Shown here in pieces: positions 53,051 through 61,400 of a DNA stretch of 63,499 bases. The notes below the pieces were generated by a model that was not told the DNA's origin, made no database searches, and worked only from the letters and a program-made list of their open reading frames with translations. The DNA lies in contig JAPPQH010000005.1 of the NCBI GenBank assembly GCA_028817035.1, positions 1 through 63,499 on the forward strand. The letters run 5' to 3'. The translations under genes and the position numbers were made by a program. Each line of letters starts with the position of its first letter. Position 1 is the first letter of the stretch. The DNA comes from Candidatus Campbellbacteria bacterium (lineage in GTDB: Bacteria; Patescibacteriota; Minisyncoccia; Phycocordibacterales; JABAAK01).

Positions 53051-54115
53051 TTATTTTGAAACAGGATAGACGGATGTTGCGAGTTTAATTTTATTGGATT
53101 CAAGTGATTTGAGAATTGCCACATTGACTGCCTCTGCGAGACTTACCCTGTTTGAGAGGTTTTTGTTGTTTATCTTGTATGAGACAGAGATCAATATGCC
53201 GTGCAGGTCAATGTCAGATATTCCCGCAGATATGAAGTCAACGCCATCAATTGCATCTATACTCTCCCCTAAAATCTTGCTTATATTCTCCAATTTTTTT
53301 GTCTGAGTGGTTGCTGAGCCGACATAAAAAGCAACAGTAATTTTTCTGTCTTTTGGATTTCTTGAGTTCTCTGTTGCGTTACCGGTTATGTCGCTGTTTG
53401 GTATGATTACTTCTTTACCTTGGCTGTCTCTTATAACTGTTGCGCGGAGCCCAATTCTCTCCACCACTCCATCATGTTTTCCTGTTTTTACATAATCGCC
53501 AACTTCCATTATATTGTCTGCGTAGATTGTGAAGGTGCTGAACAAATCCTCAAAAACTTTTCTTAGGGAAAGCGCTATCGCCAAACCACCGACACCAAGA
53601 CCAGCGACAAGTGATGTTATGTTTACTCCGAGGTTGGAGAGGATGAGAAGGACCGCGATAATCCATATCAATATGGTCGTTGTCGCATCCATAAACTTTC
53701 CAATCGCTGTAACTCCCTTCTGTTTACTTTTCATCAGTGTTTTGTGTATTGTGTGAGTTACAATCAATCTCAAGCCACCAATCATCCTATACACAACCCA
53801 TATCCAAAGCACTCCAAAAACAATCGTGCCGAGCAGGTCGGGAAGTGTCAGTAAGTTAAGCGCGATGATTGCTGCGACGACATAATAAAAATCTGACTTG
53901 AAAGATTCGGCTGCGTGAAGCATAACTCTACACACTGACTCTTCATCTTTTGAAACCATTTTTTCAAGAAACCTGATTATGTAAACGCGAAAAATTATCC
54001 CTGCGATGCTCACAACGATGAACACCACAAAGGCAGTAGTTAACTGCTCAACTGTGTTTCCGAGTATGATGCCTTGTGCTATTATTTCTTCCATATTGTG
54101 ATTAAAATAATTCAA
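53051..54115 (-). CDS. Mechanosensitive ion channel (MscS family)
   Basis: Multiple N-terminal TMs followed by an MscS beta-domain pattern (GDYVKTGKHDGVVERIGLRATVIRD). Confidence 0.85.
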   Translation of the reverse strand: MNYFNHNMEEIIAQGIILGNTVEQLTTAFVVFIVVSIAGIIFRVYIIRFLEKMVSKDEESVCRVMLHAAESFKSDFYYVVAAIIALNLLTLPDLLGTIVFGVLWIWVVYRMIGGLRLIVTHTIHKTLMKSKQKGVTAIGKFMDATTTILIWIIAVLLILSNLGVNITSLVAGLGVGGLAIALSLRKVFEDLFSTFTIYADNIMEVGDYVKTGKHDGVVERIGLRATVIRDSQGKEVIIPNSDITGNATENSRNPKDRKITVAFYVGSATTQTKKLENISKILGESIDAIDGVDFISAGISDIDLHGILISVSYKINNKNLSNRVSLAEAVNVAILKSLESNKIKLATSVYPVSK

Positions 54116-55073
54116 ATAGGTTTCCTATAAAAATAATATAAAGTGCGATATAGAGCAACCCCTCCCAAGTGCGGATAACCCGTGCAAAAACCGTGATGGC
54201 TATCAAAATTGACGAAACAGCAAGGAACGGCATACCGATTGACAGTGCCTGTCCGTCAATGGGAAGTGTTGAAAAAAGACCTGCCAGACCTGCTATTATG
54301 AGGGAATTAAAGATATTTGAGCCAAAAATATTGCCGAGAATTATCTCTATATTCTTCTTCCTTGCTGCCTGTATGGAGACGCTTAATTCTGGAAGTGAGG
54401 TTCCTATGGCGATGGCTGTTATCGCAATCAACTCTTCCCCAACGCCGATAGTGCTGGACAAGAAAACAGCAGAACGGATCAGATAGATTGACGACACTCC
54501 AACGATGAGACCGCCACTTATCAGTTTTACCAAGTTGTATATATTGTCTTCTCTGCTTGTCCGCGGAACATTTTTTTTGTTGTCTTCATTTTTTTGTTCG
54601 GGCTGATTTATGAGTGTGTAAATGATATACACGATACCAGAGATAAACAAAACAATCGCTTCTTGGAACACTATCTCTCTGTCTATTATGACGGCAAGAA
54701 AGATAACTGTTGCTGTTATAAATATTGGGACTTCTTCTCTTGAAAGGCGTTTTGAAATGTAAATCCTTATTGAGAAGATTGCTGCTATTCCTATTATAAG
54801 TAATATGTTCGCAACATTTGAACCAATGACAAGTGATGGGACAAGTGATGGAGAGCCCTGCACAACTGCAGATATCGCACTTGAAAGTTCTGGCAGTGAG
54901 GTTCCAAAACCAAGCACAAACACACCAAGCACAAAGGGGCGCAACCCAAGAGCATAGCCAAGTTTTTCAGTTCCATCCAAAAACAAATCTGATCCTTTTA
55001 CAAGAAGAAGAATTGTGAGAACAAAAACAAATATCCAAAAGACAATATCTAACATAAAAACATTGTACCACAC
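54102..55073 (-). CDS. Ca2+/Na+ antiporter (CaCA/YrbG family)
   Basis: Two Na_Ca_ex alpha repeats (GTSLPEL twice) and about 10 TM. Confidence 0.85.
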   Translation of the reverse strand: MWYNVFMLDIVFWIFVFVLTILLLVKGSDLFLDGTEKLGYALGLRPFVLGVFVLGFGTSLPELSSAISAVVQGSPSLVPSLVIGSNVANILLIIGIAAIFSIRIYISKRLSREEVPIFITATVIFLAVIIDREIVFQEAIVLFISGIVYIIYTLINQPEQKNEDNKKNVPRTSREDNIYNLVKLISGGLIVGVSSIYLIRSAVFLSSTIGVGEELIAITAIAIGTSLPELSVSIQAARKKNIEIILGNIFGSNIFNSLIIAGLAGLFSTLPIDGQALSIGMPFLAVSSILIAITVFARVIRTWEGLLYIALYIIFIGNLFELF

Positions 55074-55096
55074 GGAGCGATTGGTAATTCCTTATG

Positions 55097-56209
55097 CTAT
55101 GGAAGTAATTCTAAAAGAAAAATTTTGCCTTCAGTTCGCAAAAGAGGGGTTTGGGGAAATCTGTCTGTTCCAAGATATGTCACATTGTTTATTCCAAAAT
55201 GTTTCATACTTTCAATGCTGAAAGTGTGCCCGTCAACTCTGAAATCTTCTTGGGTTGTCTTTGTCAAAGCGTTTAATGCTGCTGCCCTGTCTATTTCATG
55301 TTGAGACATTCTTGTGGTTTTTGAAAAATAATTTGAAACATCAGAATTAACGCCAATCTTTTTATAAAAAGCGACTTCGTTTTTCAGATCTTGTTTGTAT
55401 TCTGCGACCTTCTTTTTTAATTCTTCTTCAATATTAACATTATCAAGCTTAAGTTCTTCCACAATCTGCTTTCGCACAACTTCGCGAAACCTTCTGATTG
55501 CCTCTTCCTCTGAAATTCCATCAAGCTGACCTAACACATTGCCATGCCACCCTATTTGTGCCCCTGCTTCAATATACTTGTTGTCACCTGCTGGAAATAT
55601 GTAATTCGCGCAAGATGAAAAGCAGAGGGTTCGCACTCGGACATCTATCTCGTTATCATATACCCAATGACCCATATATTTTCCGTGTTTTGTGTTGCCG
55701 CCATCGGAGTTTATTATGAGTGTTTTTATTCTTTTGTTATGTCTGTTAATTGCATCTGCAAAATCAGCATATGACTTTCTGTCAATAGGTCCTATAAATT
55801 CTATGGTGTCGTTGCGAACTGAAATTTTTGCTTTGTTATGAATTATGCCGTGCCTGTCTACCCAATGACCTTCACCCTCTTCTAATATGACAGTTGGTCT
55901 GTCTTTTGATTGTGTCGGTGGGACCCTGCTTGCGACATAAGAATCTGGGACGGGCTTGCTCGTGGTGATGGGTGTTTTTGGTTTTGGTGTAGGTTGTGTC
56001 GGTGCGGGTGTTGTTGGTGCGATGTCTATTGGTGGAGGTGGTGGTGGAGTGTCGCCAACATAAATAATGTTTCCCTCGCTGTCGTATTCTATGTATTTTG
56101 AATCATCAAAGTTCAACAAGACCTCTTTATAAAACAAACCAGCGACAAAGGATAAGATTATAAATACTACAAATAAGATTATAATTGTGATAATTAACCC
56201 TTTTTTCAT
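55097..56209 (-). CDS. Hypothetical membrane-anchored protein with a Pro-rich linker
   Basis: N-terminal TM and a PPPPPPIDIAPTTPAPTQPTPKPKTP linker. The C-terminal domain weakly recalls ClpP/COG3904-like periplasmic proteins (INSDGGN...CFSSCANYIF). Confidence 0.55.
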   Translation of the reverse strand: MKKGLIITIIILFVVFIILSFVAGLFYKEVLLNFDDSKYIEYDSEGNIIYVGDTPPPPPPIDIAPTTPAPTQPTPKPKTPITTSKPVPDSYVASRVPPTQSKDRPTVILEEGEGHWVDRHGIIHNKAKISVRNDTIEFIGPIDRKSYADFADAINRHNKRIKTLIINSDGGNTKHGKYMGHWVYDNEIDVRVRTLCFSSCANYIFPAGDNKYIEAGAQIGWHGNVLGQLDGISEEEAIRRFREVVRKQIVEELKLDNVNIEEELKKKVAEYKQDLKNEVAFYKKIGVNSDVSNYFSKTTRMSQHEIDRAAALNALTKTTQEDFRVDGHTFSIESMKHFGINNVTYLGTDRFPQTPLLRTEGKIFLLELLP

Positions 56210-56270
56210 ATTTAATTACACTTTAATTATATCATTTTGTGGTTTTTGGGAAATGGGGTGGGAACACTCA

Positions 56271-56345
56271 CAGTCGCTTCGCTCCTTTCTATTTATTATC
56301 GCTCGTGGCTTCGCCACTCGCTTGATTTTGCTCGCAGGCTCGCAA
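56271..56345 (-). repeat. GC-rich interspersed repeat, copy R5 (inverted orientation)
   Basis: The reverse complement reads GCGAGCCTGCGAGCAAAATCAAGCGAGTGGCGAAGCCACGAGCGATAATAAATAGAAAGGAGCGAAGCGACTG. Confidence 0.8.
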
Positions 56346-56408
56346 AGGTCATACTCACACACTCCAATCTATTTTGTTCGCTGTGCGCAAGGCACATCTT
56401 TTATTATT

Positions 56409-56594
56409 TATGCGGAAGGGGTGGGATTTTTCACTTGCTTCGCAAGTGAAACTGTTTTCTAAACTCGCTGTCGCTCGTTAAGAAAAAAGCGCCGAACCTA
56501 TAGCCCTATCGGGCTCGTTCGAACCCACCCCATATAAAAAATAAAAGATGGTAATAAAACCATCTTTTATTTTGTATGCGGAAGGGGTGGGATT
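56409..56594 (-). mobile_element. 146-bp insert flanked by a perfect 20-bp duplication of the tRNA-Ser 3' end
   Basis: TATGCGGAAGGGGTGGGATT occurs at 56409-56428 and 56575-56594. The insert holds the tRNA terminator, an inverted T-arm fragment (56513-56535), a GAGCGACAGCGAG motif and a CACTTGC-GAA-GCAAGTG hairpin. Confidence 0.6.
56533..56568 (-). terminator. Intrinsic terminator of tRNA-Ser
   Basis: AAAAGATGGT / ACCATCTTTT stem followed by ATTTTTTAT on the minus strand. Confidence 0.7.
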
Positions 56595-56665
56595 CGAACC
56601 CACGGTGCCCTTGCGGACACTCCGGTTTTCAAGACCGGTGCAATCGGCCACTCTGCCACCCTTCC
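56579..56665 (-). tRNA. tRNA-Ser (anticodon UGA)
   Basis: GGAAGGG acceptor, CCGGT-CTTGAAA-ACCGG anticodon arm, long variable arm, GTGGG-TTCGAAT-CCCAC T arm. Confidence 0.9.
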
Positions 56666-56805
56666 AATAAATAATTGTACATTACATACACCTATATACA
56701 AAATGGCGGCACATATAGCGGCACACATAACGGCACATATGGCAGCACACATAACAGCAATCACGACAGCAACTCCCAATCAACACAACACCCCAGCGCC
56801 AAACA

Positions 56806-57897
56806 TCAGCTGTGATAAACATAAAACACTGCACCCAAAACAATCAGCAAGATAATCGCAAAATAAATGTGATTCCTATATTTTTTATCCATGACATCAA
56901 AAATAGCAGTCCCAAAAAGGCTCGCACAAAAAGCGACAAGTAAAAATCGGGTTGCCCTTCCTATAAGCGAACCAATGAAAAATGCAATTAATGATATGCC
57001 CAAAAAACCACCGATGATCGCAAAGACCTTGTAAGGTATGGGAGTAAATGCCACTATGATTGTAAGAAATATGATGCTTGTCGTGTATTGTTCCACTTGC
57101 GCAAAATATTCATCAAAAGAATCTAAACCTGCCGCAAAATCCTGAAACAAAAAACCAATACCATAACTCGCCAGACCTCCAAGAACAGAACCTATCGTTG
57201 TAATAATCGCAAGCAAGAACCACGACTTCCTGCTTGAAAGAACCATCGGCACAAGAAAAAAATCGGGCGGGACAGGAAAGAAAATTGCTTCAAGAAAAGA
57301 GATGAGACCGAGGACAGACCTACCAATAAAATTGTCAGCGCTCCGCGCAAGGTAATTTTTTAATACACCAATCTTTTCAGCAAACTTGCTTTTTTGTGTC
57401 TGCTCGCCGCTCGCCACACCACCACTTCGCACAACACCATCACTTCGCACAACACCGCCACTTCGCACAACACCATCACTTCGTGAAACACCGCCACCCC
57501 TCTCATCCTTTTTCCTTTTGTGACTCATACGATCCAGATAACTCTGCAGAATTATTGTCGCAGCCCGTGCATCAATATCAACATCACTATCAACCCTCTT
57601 CGCCTCTGCCGTTGTGTACCACTCTGGCTCAAAAACAACAGGCACACCACAAAAATCATTTATCTCCTTCGCCATCGCCTTTGCCTCCGCCATAACCCTA
57701 TTTTCAGCGCTCCCCATACCTCTCGGCTCACCGATAACAATGACACCAATACCCCTTTCTTCCACCATCCCCTTCACATCCTCTAAAACACCTTTTTTGT
57801 TTTTTAGAGTCCTAAGAGGAAACGCGACATTACCACTATCATCAGATACTGATACCCCTATTTTTTTCGTTCCAAAATCTATGCCTAAGTAACGCAT
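56806..57897 (-). CDS. ruvX: Fusion protein: RuvX/YqgF-like pre-16S/Holliday-junction nuclease domain + (GVVRS[DG])n linker + YqaA/DedA-like membrane domain
   Basis: MRYLGIDFGTKKIGVSVSD N domain. 18-bp x4 tandem repeat at 57423-57494. C-terminal LISFLEAIFFPVPPDFFLVPM multi-TM domain. TATAAT lies 7 nt upstream of the ATG. Confidence 0.75.
   Translation of the reverse strand: MRYLGIDFGTKKIGVSVSDDSGNVAFPLRTLKNKKGVLEDVKGMVEERGIGVIVIGEPRGMGSAENRVMAEAKAMAKEINDFCGVPVVFEPEWYTTAEAKRVDSDVDIDARAATIILQSYLDRMSHKRKKDERGGGVSRSDGVVRSGGVVRSDGVVRSGGVASGEQTQKSKFAEKIGVLKNYLARSADNFIGRSVLGLISFLEAIFFPVPPDFFLVPMVLSSRKSWFLLAIITTIGSVLGGLASYGIGFLFQDFAAGLDSFDEYFAQVEQYTTSIIFLTIIVAFTPIPYKVFAIIGGFLGISLIAFFIGSLIGRATRFLLVAFCASLFGTAIFDVMDKKYRNHIYFAIILLIVLGAVFYVYHS
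57423..57494. repeat. 18-bp tandem repeat x4 (CACTTCGCACAACACCRY)
   Basis: Counted directly. It encodes the GVVRS(D/G) hexapeptide repeats joining the two domains. Confidence 0.85.
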
Positions 57898-57903
57898 TGA
57901 GTT

Positions 57904-57915
57904 CATTATATAATG
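57904..57915. promoter_or_regulatory. 12-bp palindrome CATTATATAATG providing TATAAT on both strands for two divergent leaderless genes
   Basis: The plus-strand TATAAT (57909-57914) is 6 nt from the ATG at 57921. The minus-strand TATAAT (57910-57905) is 7 nt from the ATG at 57897. Confidence 0.55.
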
Positions 57916-57920
57916 TATAT

Positions 57921-58421
57921 ATGGACTTAAAACAAGAGAGCCAAAAAACAGAGCAGAAACAACTGCCCAATATATGCTGGAATGCCTATGAGTTTCAATA
58001 CAGAAAGAAATCAAAAGACAGACCAATAATAGTGATGATTGTTTCAATAACCATCGCGGTGGTGGCGTTTATATATGACAACATACTCTTCGCGATTATC
58101 GCGATATTGGGCGGCATATTTATAAAAGTTTTATCCAGCAGAAAGCCCGACTTTTGCGAGTTCCGACTTAATGAAAAAGGAGCGATAGCAAGAGACACCG
58201 TATACAAAATTGAAACAATAAATGGTTACAACATAGTAAAAAGAAGTGAAGCAGAAACACAGTTGGTTTTTACAACCACAGAAACAATAGGCGGAACAGC
58301 ACACTTTCCTATAAGAAAAAGAGATGTGGAAGCGATAGAAGAATATTTTTCATATTACGACATACCCAAAATAAAAGATTTAGACATAACAGTGTCTGAA
58401 CTTATATCTCAACACATCTAA
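57921..58421 (+). CDS. Hypothetical 2-TM protein
   Basis: The track ORF trimmed to MDLKQES. It has two adjacent TM helices and a soluble C domain. Confidence 0.55.
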   Translation: MDLKQESQKTEQKQLPNICWNAYEFQYRKKSKDRPIIVMIVSITIAVVAFIYDNILFAIIAILGGIFIKVLSSRKPDFCEFRLNEKGAIARDTVYKIETINGYNIVKRSEAETQLVFTTTETIGGTAHFPIRKRDVEAIEEYFSYYDIPKIKDLDITVSELISQHI

Positions 58422-58448
58422 ACACAAGAACTCCGCACGCCGCCAAAA

Positions 58449-61400
58449 CTAATTACCCAAAAAGTTTCTGAAGAAAGTTGGTCTTATTTTTACTCGCGCA
58501 AATTGGCTCACCACAGGTTTTTCATCTCTTTTACATTCCAACTCATATCTTTTTTCTGTCTCAACCCCAGAGTCTGTTGTGGCAGTGATGGTGTATATGT
58601 ATGCGCTGTCCTTATTACTCCATTTATATGCTATACCACCCGTACCCTCTGCATTGATACTCTTTTTAGTTCCTATTAGATTTTTACCAGGGTCGGCATC
58701 TGTTTTCTCAACAGTAGTAGTGATGTCATAAACACCACAAGTTAATTTTGGTTCATCCTCAGGCTCCACATCCTGAGATGTGTCTGATGGGGACCCAGTC
58801 GCTATATTAATCTTCTCTGATGACAAGAGATATCTATAAGAAACGTCATTATCAGAAGTGGTTCCCGTCTTTACCCTTACACAAACCTTCATACCGTTAT
58901 TTGTACTTATGCTCGTTGAGTATATGTTACCTTCTTTTGTAAAGTCAGTGTATGGTGATGCTGATGAACAAGCATTCTTATCAGTGGTACTACCAGGCAC
59001 AAAAGCAAATGCCACTTCCGTCACACCCTCCACATGAGAAACAACAAATTTATCATTCAAGACAGGACCTGGTTCAACATCATTTAATATTTTTACTGGT
59101 GACTCAGACAGGTACTCCCTTATATCCTCCGTGACAAGTTTTACATTATCCTCACTCCTTATCAACTGCGGCTCTGCAGCAAAACTTCCGAGAAAACCTT
59201 CCACAGAAAACTCACCGCGTATTCTTTTTGTATAAAATGGTGTGGTTAATCCACCGGCATTAGTTGGAGTTCCACAGTCCACAAAATAACGGAGTATCCC
59301 TGGAGATGCTACCCTTCCTGTACTTCCAGATGGTTTCTTCAAATCCTCTGGAGGTAAACCAAAGTTTGTCGCTGACGAAACGAGATTACCACAATCAAAA
59401 CTTACATCTATCTCATTACCAACACCAGAATCTCGGATTGAGATATCTATGAATTGTTCACCAGGATTTGGAATTATATTCACAAGGTCGCGTGGTATCA
59501 ACTGACCTTCTTCCAACCTCTCACCACCCAAACAAGAAGAGATCTCTCTGTCGGCATTTCTATCACAAAAACGGAAAAAACCAAAGTTATCACTCCAAGC
59601 CCATCCACGAAGCTCCCTCTCACCAAAAGGCGAATTTTCTCTATTACTTCTCACTACGACTTCATATTTTTTTTCTGTATTTAATGTTAATGTAGATGTA
59701 GATGTATTTGAATTGTCAAAAGAAATCCAGCCGAAATTATGGTCTTCATCCTTAAAACCCTTCACTCTCGCCCAACCTGTCAATTTGTGTACTCTGTCCT
59801 CATTAATTATCCTCGCCCTACAATCACAGGTTTGAGTAGCCGTTTCGCTGGAAGTCCGAGCATACAACTTAACACTTTTTATTTTATTATCTCGCGGACC
59901 TTGCCGACTGGCTACCAAAACCCTTGCCCCAGATGATGACAAAACAGGATTAGAACCTGCTAGACTATTACTGTCTCTTTCCCATGAATTACCTTGTTTT
60001 CTATATAAATAAACAGATTCCCTCCCTGAAAAACCACTATCAACAGCAATCGTGTTGCCCTTTACCGATACAAATTGACCTAAGTATGAAACAGACTCAA
60101 CTGTCTCTTTTTCTGGTTCTGCATCAAGGTCTGAAGTCTCATAGATATATATCGCGCTTTCCCACGATGCACCCACCACAAGAGTGTCGCCATCTATCGC
60201 GACAGACCAGCCAAACCATCGAGATGAGCTAGATGGTGGTTGACGCGGTGGTGGTTGTAATGTTTTTATTTTTGATAGTGTCTTGGCATTATAAACATAT
60301 ACTTTACCTTGACTACTATTGGTTGCAGGTGCACCCACCACAAGCGTGTCGCCATCTGTCGCGACAGAGTAACCGAAGCCCAGGACAGTGCTTGGGTCTG
60401 GTAGAGTTAGAGTCTGCATACTCCCCCATCTCCCACCTTGTTTTTTCCAGTAACGCACAGAGCCCGTATTGGTTGGTATATTACTCACACCCAATACAAT
60501 CAAGGAATCAGATATCGCCAAACTGGTTGCAGGTGTTGTATCACTATTGGTAACGAACTCAACCTCTTTTTTTGCTATTGCATCACTATCTGCCGTATCA
60601 AAAACATGAATTTTATATTTTTTAGAACTTCCTTCGGTCTCTTGAGTATCACTAAAAACAGCGACTTTATTCCCAGATGCACTTATAGAAGTTGGGCTTG
60701 TCACTTTCTCATTTTGCCTTGTCCACTCGTTGCCTGCTTCTGTTAAAACTACCAACTCGCCTTTTGATTTGCTCACCAAATAAATTTTTGGCGAAACAAA
60801 ATCAAGCAAAGACACATCATCGCCAACCCCTAAGCCAAGCTCTTCGTTTATAAAAGATCTATCTTCATCCCAACTTGGGGTAGAAGTTAAACTTCCATCG
60901 CGACAAATAGTACCACTACCAAACATACCAGTAGTAGCAGGACAATTATTAACATCTTCCTTATTAAATGAAATCTCACCGATAATAGGATTGTATGCGA
61001 TGCCACTTAACTCCGATGGACCAGGTTTATATGTTACTTTTATTTTGGAGTTGGTAGTAGTATCAAAAGGACACTTCTCGCCCCTACTATTTTCATCACA
61101 ATTAAGATACACCCAACCAACCACACTATTCCAAAGTCGCCCCACAAGATTCCAGCCGTCAGACCCAGTATCGCTCGCACTTCTGTCTAATGGCTTTGGT
61201 GGAACTGTTTTAGGAGACGATATCTGCGAAAGGGAAACTGTATTTGTCGCTATTACACAAATCTTTCTTGTCTCGGTCAAACGTATGTCCGTGATTGTTG
61301 CTGTTTTTGTTTTGCCACTAACTGTGAGTGCGGGTGTGTTGGTGTATGACGATGCGCTGGTAGGACAGCTTTGGGTGGCTGAAGTGACATATTTCCATTT

